Shown: one piece after another, positions 39,761 to 54,230 of the stretch
How positions within the stretch are numbered: position 1 is the first letter of the stretch
Layout: the number at the start of each line of letters is the position of its first letter
Assembly: GCA_964016885.1 (NCBI GenBank)
Contig: OZ024743.1
Coordinates: forward strand, 122,202,001-122,266,000
DNA length: 64,000 nucleotides
DNA from: Eledone cirrhosa
Lineage: Eukaryota
Reading direction: 5' to 3'
Made by a program: the position numbers and the translations under genes
Notes under the pieces: model-generated
Told to the model about the DNA's origin: nothing
Database searches by the model: none
What the model saw: the letters and a program-made list of their open reading frames with translations, nothing else

Positions 39761-40327
39761 GTATTCAATGTAATCCAACTTATTTTACTAACGGGATAAA
39801 AAAATATATTCAGGACAGTCTCGCATTCCTCCCTTATTATACTGTGATAACTTCCGATAACTTCGTTAACACACAGACACAAACACACAAACACACATTT
39901 GTGTGTGTGTTGCATTTGTATAAGGACTTTTCTCCTGTGACTTTTTTTCCATATCAGTAGCAGAGCAAAATATGTTATTGATGAGACCTTTAGGATATTT
40001 CACGAATGTCTAACTTGACACTAACACCGAGCTGGGGGATCACTTTATCCAGCAAAATTTGATGACTTTAGAAACCGAATACTTATATACAATTGAAATA
40101 AGTGCTCCAAACTATACACAACTACATGAACACACATTAATATACTAATGCATATGTATATATCTGAAATGCATAAAAAATTGAGATTGTACTTACACCC
40201 TCAGCCTCCTGATTCCTCTCCCCCCACCCCCCTATCCACACACGCACAGACACTCCGACCCACAAAAACACCCCCCACACACACCTTCCTGAACATGCAA
40301 CCCCGTTCTTCCCCCAACCCTCACTTT

Positions 40328-40358
<31 letters not shown>

Positions 40359-40690
40359 CTAACCACACACACACACACGCACACCTAACCACACACACCA
40401 CCTTCAGCCCTCCCCGCTCGGACACCCCGTCTCCCTCTCCCCACTCCACCCGCCACCCCCCACACCCCCCACACCCTTCCACCACCTGTTTACCCCCCTT
40501 TTAATTTCAGTTTATTTTGATCATGCCTTTATTTTTAAATTTATCTCATTCCTTGTATTTTGATCATGCTTTATTTTTATTTTTATTTTTATCTTTACTT
40601 GTTATTTTTTCCTTCGCACCGTTTCCTTTCGCTATATGTCTCTCAACCACTCCCCTACACACCCTTTGAACTCTGTTCCCACACACTTCT

Positions 40691-40724
40691 CACCTGAGGA
40701 AGGGCTTATGCCCGAAACGTCGTC
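40691..40724 (+). ncRNA. Minimal Penelope-type hammerhead
   Basis: ac CUGAGGA a gggc uuau gccc GAAA cgu C gu; ACGU palindromic stem III; AATAAA ~35 nt downstream; end of a C-rich element (~40180-40815). Confidence 0.7.
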
Positions 40725-41192
40725 CCCCACCTACACCCCACTCTCCAGAGCGTGAAATTAATAAACATTTGTTGTACTGCCTCTCTGTTTTGTCCCTGTT
40801 CAAATTTTTCCATTATATACATATTTTTATATATTTAGCGGCATTGGATTATAAATGTTATTGAGACACGAGTAACATAATAATGACGTCAACAGCAGAA
40901 ATTAGAGATGAAATGTATGTTTATTTTTGTTGTAGCACAAATAATGTTGGTTAACTTGTATGGTTGAAGTTACACATAAAATGAGGCTACAAAAGGGAAT
41001 GTGCAAAATCTCACCGTCACATGTACGTGTTGCTGGTTCGAAGTTCCTTGTGCGAGAGGAAGATTCTTCAAATCTTCGCGGGGAATTTCTCCCTCAGGAC
41101 GCGTAGGGATACATCCTCTTCTACTGGCGCTGATTGGCTGAGCTGAGCCAAATCACGCACAGAGAATGTATGTGAGTCCGCGGAATGTAGGT

Positions 41193-41237
<45 letters not shown>

Positions 41238-41370
41238 AAAAAGGTCAGCACCCCCGACGTCTGAGCTCTGGCCGTTTCGACAGCTAGATCCGAACTAAGC
41301 CACCAGTATTAGAACGGCGGGAATCTAGCTGAACTTCTCCTGCCGTTTCGACAGCTAGATACGAACTATA
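41238..41370 (-). mobile_element. Family-B insert with two HHR 3' halves
   Basis: gccgtttcgacagctagat.cgaacta occurs twice; adjacent to (TA)n. Confidence 0.75.
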
Positions 41371-42141
41371 TATATCATATATTCCTCACATAATATGATA
41401 TATAGTCATTTTGTACTACATACAACCTTCAGCACGTCCAGCTCGTTATACATAGGCATCCACCATCAAATGGACACTCCATTGGTTTATAAGTGATTTC
41501 TAACATTTGTTTAAATCTATAGCATTTATGTTATAAAATGTATTTAGATTTATGTTCTAATGTTTGGCACATTTTGTTTTACTGTTTGCAAATACTCGGT
41601 GGAATCAGGTATATGCGTATACAACAAGATTAGCATCACTGTTTTTTGTTTATTCGTGTGTACAGAAACTGAAAATAATGCCATTACCAAAGGAAGAAAA
41701 GAAAACATAGTAAATATTAAATTATAAATGTTTAGCTGCCTCCTGCTTGAAATCAATATTGATTCTATCTAATTGATGATGTCTGGCAAATGAAGTGACA
41801 TCAAAATAGAATATGATTTTTTTAAAAACATCATCAACAACAAGACACATATACACGAACATCCACCCACATACAAAAAAAAATTGCGTTTAGGGTGTAT
41901 GTGTGTATTAGTGAGAGATAAATAGAGACAGAGAGTGGTGTTTCTAGACTTTATTCGGCATGCCTATGGTTGAGCATTTATCGATAAATATATTGTCCTT
42001 GATAGTTATCAGACAGTGTGATTTTACTCTTGTATGTGATGGATAAATAACATAGGCTTGTAGTTTCAGGAAAGGAAGAAAATATGAAAATTGGGAAATG
42101 CTTTGTGAACGTAAACAGTGGCATATTCTAATTATCTATCT

Positions 42142-42897
42142 ATCTATCGTTAAATTTGAAACAGTCCTGCACGCAATTGTACACTGCCCGGGCGTAACCG
42201 ATCTGTGGAACTATGCAGAACAACTGCATATGGGACAAATCCAGTTGACTGCCGAGTCCATAATAAGGATCAAATCGCCAGCCTCTTACAAAAACGAAAG
42301 AGAGGCGGTTTTCCTCTGTACGGTGGCTACGGTGAAAGAAGTTATCTGGTGGACGAGGTTGAGAGGACTGAGGACAGATGCCTTTCTCTCCGGACAACAA
42401 TTGATTCCCTTCTTTAAGTATCACTTTAGAAGGAGAATCAGGGTGGAGAGAGAGGCACTGCACCCCAGTAAATTTACTGAAAGGTGGGTGATGAAGCGAA
42501 AATGGCCCGAGTGATTGGGCCTTCTCTGTTTATAAGCCTGTAGGTTGAAGAAGAGAGCAAAAGGAAGAAAGGAGCACTTGCACAACACGCTCCTGGAGTT
42601 GAGGGTTGTTCTATCGACGGGGTATTAAACAACCCATTTGTGGCGCCTCCCCCCTATTGGGGATTTCGATTGTTGTAATTGTTTGTTTTTATATTTTTTA
42701 CACGACTGTATGTAAAATCCCCGGCATGTCTTTGTATTGTCCCTTTTCTTGTGCGCCCTTGTGGCTAATAAAGAAATATATCTATCGTTAAATTTGTTTA
42801 CACGCTTACATGTAAAACCCCCGCCGTCCCATGGTTTGCAATGTCGCATTTCTTGTGCGTCCCTGTGGCAAATAAAGAAATCAATCAATCAATCTAA

Positions 42898-42928
<31 letters not shown>

Positions 42929-42935
42929 ATAAAGA
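42142..42935 (+). mobile_element. Tx1/L1-like LINE 3' end in a (TCTA)n microsatellite
   Basis: ETVLHAIVHCPGVTDLW (zinc-finger region after RT); aataaagaaat tails followed by (tcta)n. Confidence 0.75.
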
Positions 42936-42936
42936 A

Positions 42937-43032
<96 letters not shown>

Positions 43033-43774
43033 CTCTGTCTATCTATCTAGCCGTCTATCTGTCTGCCTATCTTTCTTTCTTTCTATGTTGTAGAGGGTAA
43101 AACGTTACTAAACTGCTGTTGTTTGATTTCATAGAAGTACATTTATGAAATCACTCAATCTTAGCTAAATGCTAACAAAATATTAAACGACACAAATCTC
43201 GAAATAACAAAGATAGAACCTTGACATCTAGATTCTGGAAATATCGAACAAAATTTTCATATCTTCTGATCAAAGAACAAAGTTATTCGAATGAAGATTC
43301 CGTGACATATTAAATAAATTTACCTGTCACTCGGCCTATGTATTTATCAATCATCAGTATCTTCTCATTATTATTGCAATATTCTCACATTATTATTGAT
43401 GTGCGTAAATCAGAAACCATTATTGATAGCTTTAATGTTACAAAAAATGTTAAATGGAAATTTATGACTTTCACACGCTTCTTTCACGTAGACTAAAAAC
43501 GTGCCATAAAAATTGTAGTAAGAAAAAGAAACTGCACAAAATTCCAATATCTCTTCCTATACTCTCCTGCTAGCTGATGTACTGGCATTGAGAATGACCA
43601 GCTAAAATATTTTGGGACTTCTTTAAGGTCTTTCCTATGCCCATCACTATTGATACTGAGTAGAGAAAATCGATATTTTCCTGGCAACAGGAAGCGGTAT
43701 TAGCAGAATGCATAAAGTTGAAATAGATGTACCGCAAAGCATCTCTTTCGGCACTCTTACACTCTGTGAATCGA

Positions 43775-43922
43775 CCGAACTGGACTGGCAATTTATTTAT
43801 CGACCCCAAAAGAATAAAAGCAAAGTTGACCTCAGCGAGATTTGAACTCAGATCATAGAGAGCCAGAACAAATACCACAAAATATTTAATTCGATGCTCT
43901 AACGACTTCGCGCAGTTCACCG
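43775..43922 (-). mobile_element. tRNA-derived SINE (diverged)
   Basis: SINE core on the minus strand. Confidence 0.7.
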
Positions 43923-44184
43923 CTTATTCGAGTAATAATCATAAATGCAGCTGCTACCCTTTTCATTTATCAGACACAACAATAACAATAAATATAGTTA
44001 ATATTTATTCGAAATCGTTTCAGAGGTTTCGATCTTGTGTTTACAACCAAATCACACAAAGCAGTGGCTGCGTGAAAACATTCTCCAATGGAGCCATGGC
44101 GACCTTGTCTTTTTTTAACGACACACAGACTCAATAAACATACATACGCTGGAAACAGTTTTCGTATCTCACTCTCTCCAGTCA

Positions 44185-44475
44185 AAGGACGTCGGATAGA
44201 ATGCTTTGCGATATGTTTTCGGCTCTTTGTGCTCTGAGGTCAAATCCCACCGATGTTAACTGCGTTTTACTCTTTCGAGGTCGATAAAAAATGTACAAGT
44301 TCATTACTGGCGTCGATTCCTTTTTACTTTGCCTCCCTCATTTTCCCCGCACCCTTTTTCTGGAAGAGATCGGCTGTGTTCAAACCTGGAGAGGGATGAG
44401 CTCCCCATAATTTAAAGTACAAAAAAAAAAGTCGTAATTCACTACGGCGCCTCTACGATTCCACTAGAAGTTACG
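44185..44475 (+). mobile_element. SINE with extended tail (diverged)
   Basis: Reverse-complement similarity to 38470-38792. Confidence 0.6.
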
Positions 44476-45426
44476 AGCATACAGACCTACTCTCTAGTCA
44501 TAAATAAATATTCTTAAATTCTCTTTAAATTGCACGTGGTCTCTCATTGCAGCCTTACATAGAACGTTGCCAAAACTGCTTCCCCAAAACGAGGTTTCTT
44601 TCTATTTTAGAGTCAGAAAATTTTTAAACCTCGATCAGTTATCGATCCTCTACAAAGCTCAAGTAGATCCATAGTGTAATACCACTCATATATATGCGAT
44701 AGTGCTGCTATACACAAAACATTCAAGACTACATCTAAAAGACCATTAAACTGATAAGCAAAAGTTCACTCAACAATAGGTTAAAAATATTAATATACGT
44801 TAAAACGTTCACAGACAGTTTGTTTCATCTGTCTGCCTTTCCTATTACTGCTTCATCGGCCTCTGTTTCTTTAGGCAGCAAGTCGCATATAATTTTTATT
44901 CAAGTACACCATACTCATCTGTCTCTTCTCGTCACGTCTGCTGCGCCTCGCCTTCCAGACGCAAACTAAACCCCTTTTTCCAAACTTTCTTGCCTATAAC
45001 TGCTATCCCCTTCAATTAAACGTCATGCTATCGATTTTCGTCGAGGTATAGATGTCCAAACTGATTATCAACCACATCGATCTCATCAAGAGGGTCTGAA
45101 AAAGTTATGGGTAGTGCCCCTCCTTCTTTGACTAACCCATAACATCATTTACAGGAGAGGTATGTCTGGGAGAAGTGTTCGGAATCATCCATCTCGACAA
45201 GTACAGTTGTATAAATCAAAGCGAAATAAAAAAAAAAGATGTCTTGAATCACATATGCGACAGTAAAAGCCTTTCTATTAATTGGATGGCATGAGAAATA
45301 TTTCTGTCATAAACTTTAAGAGAAAAGATTATTAAAAGAAAAAAAAACTTACGACAGATGTCAACAGTTTAAGAAGTCGACTTAAATCTTGTTTACCTGA
45401 TTTAATTTCTCTTTCTCCAACAGTTT

Positions 45427-45514
<88 letters not shown>

Positions 45515-45785
45515 TATGTATATATGTATATATATTTATAAAGAGAGAGAGATATAGAGAGAGAAGAGGGACAGTAGTATGATATAGATAAAAAGAAAGA
45601 GGGCGAGAGAGAAAAGAGAGACAGTAATGTGATACAGATAGAAGGGAAGATAAAGAGGGATATAATATATAATATATATATAGTAATAATAATAAATGTG
45701 AAGACTAAAATCCAAAGAGGGCTCGAAAAGGATAAATATATATCGAATATATACGAACCATAGAGCAAATATTTATTAAAATAAT

Positions 45786-45896
45786 AGATTAAAGTTTAAG
45801 CAAAGAATCGCTGCTTTCACCTTTAACGGGATCTTCTGAAACTCAGAAAATCCCGTTAAGGGTGAAAGCAGTGATTCTTTGCTTTAATTTTAATCT
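45786..45896. repeat. Near-perfect hairpin beside (TA)n with an HHR-like remnant
   Basis: ~54-bp arms and 3-nt loop; arms read CAGAA(G/A)A u ccc guuaa (g/a)gg u GAAA. Confidence 0.85.
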
Positions 45897-45900
45897 GTCA

Positions 45901-45954
<54 letters not shown>

Positions 45955-46244
45955 GGAGGTGAGTTTTATTGTAGTACAATAAAGCAATGCAGATTATTAT
46001 TTTTTTCTCCCCATCAACGAATTCATTATTAATACATATCAACTCTTTATTCGCATATATTATCAATTCCTTCAATATACAAACTTTAACTTCACATTAT
46101 TTTTCTCAAATCCTTCTACACACAAACCTTAATAATTTTTCTCTTCGTTAATTTTGAAATTGCCACAATACATACATTTCTTTTTTTGACGTTAGAATAT
46201 TCATCCACAATTATTATTTTTTTCTCTCTATCTTCATACATAAT

Positions 46245-46660
46245 TTCCCTTCGTTAATTTTCAAATTCCTTTAATTTATACATTATCTTCCAACGGTTCC
46301 CAACCTCTCTATGTTAAAACAATATATCTTTTTCTCAGTTATAAAAACTATCTCTTTCTCTCTATCACCCATCTCTCCCTCTCCACCTTCACTCTCATCT
46401 CCTCCCCCTTTTTTCATCCTTTCCACCCCCCCTCCCTAAATAAAATATTTTTTCCTCGCACATATCCTCCCTTCGTTAATTTTCAAAATTTTTAATTTAT
46501 ACATTATCTTCCAACGGTTTTCAACCTCTCTATGTAAAACAATATATCTCCTCTCAGTTATAAAAACTATCTCTTTCTCTCTATCACCCATCTCTCCCTC
46601 TCATCTCCTTCCCTTTTCATCCTTTCCACCCCCCCCTCTCTAAATAAAATATTTTTCCCA
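46245..46660. repeat. Tandem duplication of a ~210-bp unit
   Basis: cccttcgttaattttcaaa...taaataaaatatttttcc occurs twice. Confidence 0.85.
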
Positions 46661-46752
46661 ATATCACACATCAATCTAAAACCACTTTTCATATGTTGAT
46701 TTAAAACTGCACTATCCACAAGTGTTTTTTAGCCTTCATATCATGTTCTCCT

Positions 46753-46821
46753 GTTTTATCTGATGAAAACACAAATATTATTGCATGATGATGTTTGTTT
46801 TTGAAATGCGCATAATAAAAT
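46753..46821 (+). ncRNA. Type I hammerhead ribozyme with palindromic stem III (AUGCGCAU)
   Basis: guuuuau / CUGAUGA (46760) / ~16-bp stem II / GAAA (46803) / ugcgca UA / auaaaau; (TA)n ~35 nt downstream. Confidence 0.8.
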
Positions 46822-46852
46822 ACATGGAACTCTTTTAACCATCTTTTGATCT

Positions 46853-46906
<54 letters not shown>

Positions 46907-47063
46907 GTGAGTGAGTCTCGGGCTCAATTGGGGGTAACCATATGAAATGAAGTACTCAATACATTCCTGATGATTTCTGTCGAATGAAACAGTTCTAGTC
47001 CTGTAGAAGCCCTTTCTTCTCTCTCTCTCTACTTTCTCCCTCTCTCTCTCTCTCTCTCTTTCT

Positions 47064-47114
<51 letters not shown>

Positions 47115-47167
47115 CCAAGGGGTGTAACCAACCAATAAACGTAATGAAGGAGTAACCATTCGTCTTT

Positions 47168-47246
<79 letters not shown>

Positions 47247-47689
47247 TTCCAGAAAAAGCCAAGAACGAAAACAAAAATGACATCTGTGGAAGTAAATTAG
47301 TTTATACAAATCAATTTAAGAGACAGCAATTATTTCACCCACTTAAACTGGTTTCTTCGTTGTAGTATTTCCTCGCTTCACTTATATTTCACGTTGGTTG
47401 ATAAATACTATAATAGAAAACTTGTATTTAATATCTCATACTACCAAATATATTGCAATAAAAACAGTTAAGAAATTGAATGATTTCACATAGGATTATG
47501 TTGGACGGCATATTTGCAATTTTAGGAATTGTTAAAATACTTTTGGAGGACCGTAGGGGTGGGTTTTAAAATATACATTACATTAAATCATCATAGAATA
47601 GTTTCTTTTTTATTTGTTGTGTATGTATATCAGATATAGAGGAAGAGAGAAAGAAAGAGACACAGAGGAGGGAGAGATAGATAGATATT

Positions 47690-47721
<32 letters not shown>

Positions 47722-47733
47722 AGATAGATAGAT

Positions 47734-47781
<48 letters not shown>

Positions 47782-47793
47782 AGATAGATAGAT

Positions 47794-47846
<53 letters not shown>

Positions 47847-48093
47847 TGCATACAAAGGTATAGATTAGAAAACATACAGAACAGAAGAAAATAGGAGGGA
47901 TGAGAAAAATAATGACATTTACAGTAGATATACAACATATTGGAACACAGGCGGAAAGGGGAGCTTGAGACTGATAGACTAGCAAAGTTGAGAGAGCGAG
48001 AGAGAAAAAAGAAGAAATAAAGGGAAGGTAGACAGACAAACAAAGACATGAACGAGTGGAAAGAGAGGGAGAGGGAGAGAGAGGAGGAGGAGG

Positions 48094-48124
<31 letters not shown>

Positions 48125-49128
48125 AAAGAAACGATTTGAATATATCAACAAGAAAACAAAGTCTGTGGTATAGATCAAAAGAGTCTAGAAGAAAATGTTT
48201 TACATACCGTATCATACCTCTTGACGTATTCTATGTAATACACATGCTTGTCGGCTGCTTAATAAAAGATACACACATGAGTTCCCAATCAGGAAATTAA
48301 GCAAAGCGCTATGTGTAGAACATTGAAATTCAGTTTGATATTATTTTTGTTTGATAACGAGCTTGAGGACACTAAAATCGCTAGGAAATGAATCACTTAT
48401 TCTAATTCTAAAGGTTAACATATTTCTCATTTAGTTGAAGAGAGCAAAAGAGGTCAGATTTGCACTCTCTTGTGACTGACTGCGCTCAGCAGAGAAATAT
48501 ATTGGCTTCAGTTATTGTTAATAGAAAATAACCTGCGGGAAAGTAATGTCCGAGATGATTTTAAATGTCCGTGCGTGTGAATACCCATAATAAGAAATGT
48601 TTAACGCAAGAGAGAGTAAGGAGAAAGATAGATATTTATTAGAAATAGCACTTTAAGATCTAATGATCATGATCTGCATTTATTATATGATAATGTAAGA
48701 TAAGAATTAGGAAATATGAAGTAAAACAAATTTCATTATAGCAACTAAATAATAATTTCAATATTTTGTCTCATCGCCCTCAAATATTTCATTAAAAAAA
48801 ACAGTCTTTAGAAAAATATGGGTTCCTTACTGCAATAATAAATATCAACTAGAGTAGTGAATAATTTAACACGCTCTTAGGAATTTTAGAGTAGATGTTT
48901 TAATTCATTTTATTTGCAGATTACCTTGAGCGTTGAAGACGAACAATAATTGTCCAAATCGTTGTTTCTGAGTTAAAATAAACTTCTTCATAATCCCCAG
49001 ACAAAAAACACTCTGTGTAGTGATGCGACAACTTGACAATTCTTAAAAATCTTTCTATTAGTAATTGCCAAAAATATGTTCCACCCAAACAAATAAAAAA
49101 CACACACACACAGCGTATAAAACGAAGA

Positions 49129-49191
<63 letters not shown>

Positions 49192-49407
49192 GATGTGTGT
49201 GCGTGTGTGTGTGTGTGTGTGTGCTTGTATACACACATATGTACATAACCATACACATATTCTCACGGATACACATACAAAAATAAGCGTAAATGCCATC
49301 CGGAAAGAGACTACTTCCTGTAAATATTAATTATAAAATCAGTACGTATTCGGCTATACATAAACATCTATCCACCCAACTCTCTTTCTCTTTCTCTCTC
49401 TGTCTCT

Positions 49408-49475
<68 letters not shown>

Positions 49476-51343
49476 TTGTATATATTGATGGAGGTATTTT
49501 ATTTAAATATTCAATAACATTGCATGCAAAGTTTCGAACTTTCGAAGCGCTGAGGGGTTATTAAGTTCATAGAAAATGTAAGAAATTCAGATGCCGAAAA
49601 TAACTGTAAACACAGTTTATTGTAAATCAGTAGTTCTCAACCATTTTTTTTTACCCATGGACCACTTTTACTGTTCGATGTCAGTGATAGTAAAAAATCA
49701 CCCTTTTTCACAATGTCGAGTCTATTACGGGCTTTTGATAGTAAGTGAGATACACGACTAAAACCTGATTCAACAAGGTAAGATGGTGGAAAAGAAATAA
49801 CATAGAGCTGTGCTTTTCCCCAGAGTAATGGATATTTTTAAGCAGTGTTATTTGTCTTCCATATATTACACTTTCGGTCTTTGAATTTTGCTTGCAATAT
49901 TTCATCACTCTGCAAATCAATGAGGGTCTCCTGCAAAGAAATGTCTACATCGGCAGCATTAACTTCAAAAGGAATTGTCACTCATGATGGTATATCCATC
50001 ATGGTATGTTATGGCATGGACCCGTAACTTCTTAGGAGTCGTAGGAGCGCCCTATTGACATACGGCGTTTTTAGGGCATTTTAAAAACCTGGCGGAGCCC
50101 ATCTCCTCTCCAGGATTGAATACAGTAGATTTCTTCCAGAGAAGGATAGAGAAAGTGAGAGAAAGGAAGGGAGAAAGAGATATAGAGATCACCAATCCAA
50201 GTTTGCATATCTTTGTGCAAATGTTTCAAATGTTTACCATACAATGCATCGTGCAAATCGCTGTTAATCGAGGCCAAACAAGGAAACCATTCAAATGCAC
50301 GATGTTCGATATTAATTTTGTAGAACTCCAGTTTTCTTAGAAAAGCAGTAATAGCACCACTACAGGATATGAGATCAGAACTATTTCCTTGGAGCTGTTT
50401 ATGAAGAAAATTTATTTTTTCAAATATATCACATTTAGTTGCAAGCAATTGTTCTCTGAGCAGGCTGTTAGCCAAAAAATGAGACAATAGAGTCCCAAAG
50501 TGTAATAAAGCGATGAAGACAATTCCCCTTCGATAGCCACCTCACGTCAGTATGCATTACAAGGCGTTCAAACTCTTCGCCATTTTGACTACAGAATTCA
50601 TGAAAGAAGCGGTCTTGTAGAGAATTTGATTTAATATATTTAACTACTTTTATCACAATATTAAGGGTATCGTGCAGACGTCCACCCAATTGCTTTCCAA
50701 CTGACGGTGTAATACGCAGTGTATGAAGCCTTTTTAAAGTGTGCATTAAAACCCCTGTACCTGCTTATCATGGATGGAGTACTACCAGTAGCACAAGCAA
50801 CTATATTTTTGAGTGGAATATTGCTTTCCTTGAAATAAGTGACAACTTTATTGAAAATTGTTTCTCCTTTTGTGTCTGTTCTGAGACTTCTGACAAAGAG
50901 CATTTTCTCTCTGAGTCTGTTATCTATCTATATACTACTAAAACTGTGATTGCTTGCTTGCTTGCTTGTCTGTACTGTAATACAGCCAAAAGGGCGCATA
51001 ATGGTGAATACTTTGAAAGGAAGTTGCCCATGAAATGGGAATACAAATGGAATAAAACAAGTTTCGCGTAAATCGAAGCATGGGTTTCCGAGATATGGGG
51101 TTTCTGGGTACTATCATAAACAGAGAGAGAGAGATGGATAGAGAGAAAGAGATAGTGGTTGTGAGAGAGTAGATTGAAAGAGAGACATAGAGAGAGGGAG
51201 AGGAGACAGAGAAGGAGAATGGAAGAGAGAGAGAGAGAGCTGATGGTGTTGTGTACATATATATATATGTGTGTATATATATATGTGTGTGTGTATATGT
51301 GTGTGTGTGTCTATGACCAGTGTATATAGATCACAGACACCCA

Positions 51344-51377
<34 letters not shown>

Positions 51378-51398
51378 TATATGTATACAAACACACAC

Positions 51399-51439
<41 letters not shown>

Positions 51440-51526
51440 GAAGTTATATCTAATTTGTTGGGATACAACAAGCAACTATTTTTATAACTGATATAAAGCA
51501 CTCAACACATTTTTGGAGTAAAAATA

Positions 51527-51799
51527 ATACAATATATTAACAAATGGAAACTATATTTATAAAACCATATTTATTTCATTATACATATTTCAAGGACACC
51601 AAAGCAAATTATGGTGACTATCCGGGAGCTTCCAACAGAAATGGTCGCATTCTTTAAGGGTATGTCAATATTTGTTTATAAAACTGATCTATATTATATT
51701 TTATCTGATGAAAGCGCACCATAATTTGCTTTGGTGTCCTTGAAATATGTATAATGAAATAAATATGGTTTTATAAATATAGTTTCCATTTGTTAATAT

Positions 51800-51806
<7 letters not shown>
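51527..51806. repeat. Fold-back with 90-bp arms beside (TA)n, containing an HHR
   Basis: 51527-51616 is the reverse complement of 51717-51806. Confidence 0.9.
51698..51760 (+). ncRNA. Type I hammerhead ribozyme (related to 1570 and 46753)
   Basis: auuuuau / CUGAUGA (51705) / aagcgcacca..ugguguccuu / GAAA (51742) / uaugua UA / augaaau. Confidence 0.75.
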
Positions 51807-51838
<32 letters not shown>

Positions 51839-52155
51839 GCACGTATATATATGGGCTTTCCAGTTTCATTTCACATTATATACATGTCTATGTATATTTT
51901 AATTATTTAAAAATTATTTTAAAGTGAACATGATTTAAAAAATAAATATTTTGAAGTGAACGTGACCCAAGGGGTCACGGGTGGTCTAGTCATCTATAAA
52001 TCTCACTTACGTTAATATAATGGCTTCATTGGTAGCTTTCAAGTTGGCTATTAATTGTTTTTCTACATCATCCGGCATTTTATCAATGCGTCGCGACACA
52101 GATGAGTTGCTTTAAAGGGATGAAATTAGTAATTTCACTTGCATATTGTTTCATA

Positions 52156-52396
52156 CAGAGGAGACTGAGGTTAGCTGGACATGCTCACCGACATCCAGAG
52201 TTGACATTGCACTCAGTGCTCCTTTGGGAGCCCCTACATGGACACACTAGAAGAGGAAGACCAAGGTTAACGTATGTTGATGCCCTAAGGACAGACACTG
52301 GTCTGTTGGAGACGCAGGACATGGCAGCGATAATGAGGGACAGAGACCGCTGGAGAGAACTCGTCCATGGATCTCGGGAATTTTACCCGCCTTAGA
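52156..52396 (+). mobile_element. RTE family X 3' fragment with TSD
   Basis: QRRLRLAGHAHRHPE..HGSREFYPP; TSD attgtttcata. Confidence 0.9.
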
Positions 52397-53614
52397 ATTG
52401 TTTCATAGCTGATGAAATTATATAACAGACACTGCTGGCAAAATTATTGTTTCACCAATATTATGGGGTTTTCCAGTCTTTGCTATTATTTTGGAAATTT
52501 CATAAGATGCCAGTAAACCATCATTTATTTTACTTACAATGTTTCATGTTGTCATTTGAAAGTATGGTATGGTCCTGTAACTCCTAACAGAGTCGTAGGG
52601 GCGCCGTATTGACATACAGCGTTTCTTGGGCATTTTGTTAAAGCCTAGTGGAGCCCATCCTTCTCCCAGGCCTGAGTACAGCATATTTCTTCCAGGGAGA
52701 GGAAGAATCGACCCAGTACTACACTGGTACTTTTTTTATCGACCTCGAAATGATGAAAGTATATCCATACATATGAGGCTCATTGGTTTCGTTAGATTGT
52801 GTGGTGATGGAATAAATCCGTAAGACAAATATTCAACAGAATACTGTCAACACATCTTCGTTGGAGCAGCCATGGGTGATCTGTAAAAAAACAATGATTT
52901 ACAGACGTTGATAAGGTCCATATCCTTGCATTGGTGAGTGAAAATGTGTCAGCAAAATACCAGATTTCTACTAGAATAGCATTAATGTTGATGATAGCCC
53001 TTAAAAGAACCAAAGTTACGTGAATAGTTCTATTTTTAGTATTTAAATGTGACATAGATTACTGTATAAATTCCAATTCTCAATTGTAACAATCATTCCG
53101 AAGTGAAATTGTTCTAAGGACCACTGGAATATTACCGTAGATCCCAGTTAGGTATTTATTTTGTGTGGACCTTTAGTAATGTCACATGGATCCCCAGGGT
53201 CCATATGGACTCCGATAGAGAACCACTGTTGTAAATAATTGGTTAGAAAATCGGGTAAAAAACCCCTTATGGACGGAAAAAGAGGCTAATGGTCAGTGGT
53301 CATATATATATATATATATAAGATAAAAATACAAATACGAAAAACGTTTGGTTATTTGGAAGCCCGACAATGCGTGTTTGGTAAAAATGCCAAGGTAATA
53401 AGAAGCAGAAGACAAGAGAACACAGTGAAGTAAAGTAGAAGAGTGAGAACGATAGGAAGTTACCTTACCAATTTTTAATAATTCATTACCTTAGCCTTTT
53501 TACCAAACACGCTTGTGTTTTCTCCTCTCTTCGTTTTCTTCTGTTTTCATTTTTACTCACCACTACCATCGTTTTTCCTCTTTCTCCCATACACTCTGCT
53601 CTCTCTGTTTCTAA

Positions 53615-53648
53615 TTTCCGATGAAGAACTAGCGTCCGAAATGTTAAA
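53615..53648 (+). ncRNA. Degenerate minimal hammerhead
   Basis: uuu CCGAUGA agaac uagc gucc GAAA ugu u aaa; same family as 4205; upstream inverted repeat 53372-53399/53485-53512. Confidence 0.4.
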
Positions 53649-54230
53649 ACTCTTTTCCAACTCTGTTAAGCGCTATGCCAATGTACTGTTATAGTATTGT
53701 ATTGTTCTCTGCTTTTTTTCTTGTTGACATTTGGCTTAGAAATGGCTATAAAGAAACCTTAAATTGACGTATTTTTATTGATACCAAAAGATTTAGCCAA
53801 TAGTATAACATTTTCAGATCACGTGACATAACAAGTGTAGCGGTCTCTGTTACGTTTGTAGGTTATGCCGTGAAAAATTGAACGTGTCTGGTGAGTTGGT
53901 TTTATAATTAGTTTGTTGTGTCTGTATGTTTGATTAGTGAAAACGTAATATTATGCATTGTTGGAAGTATATGTATGTAGTAGTAGAGAGGTATAAGGCA
54001 ACCGAAGTATGGAAACTCAGATACATACATTCATGCAACCAAAGTATGCAAAGCAAAGATACATACATTCATGCAACCAAAGTATGCAAAGCAAAGATAC
54101 ATACATTGAAATGTGAAAGATGAAATACACAACCTTTATCTTTTTCTTAGCAAACTATTACCAGAAATCTCTTAATATTTTGATGATTTTTTCTCATTAA
54201 TACGAGGCATTAGTTATTTTGGCTTCCTGA

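Larger units (their letters stand above)
49628..53228 (-). mobile_element. Buster/Charlie-type hAT transposon with nested insertions
   Basis: TIRs cagtagttctc / gagaaccactg; 8-bp TSD ttgtaaat (49620-49627, 53229-53236); transposase fragments HTDVRWLSKGNCLHRF and NIVACATG. Confidence 0.92.

Noticed and set aside
41090-41190. CCAAT-like box (gattggct) in a CpG-containing stretch
   Set aside because: A single short motif is not enough to call a promoter
46960-47005. CUGAUGA uuuc..gaau GAAA c..g UC near (TA)n
   Set aside because: No stem I pairing found; possibly a decayed HHR but not supportable
48895-49050. Possible splice acceptor (ttttatttgcag at ~48919) and exon
   Set aside because: No open frame or clear donor site; needs transcript data
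54013-54107. Tandem 37-bp repeats, CRISPR-like in length
   Set aside because: No spacers and eukaryotic context; a simple minisatellite
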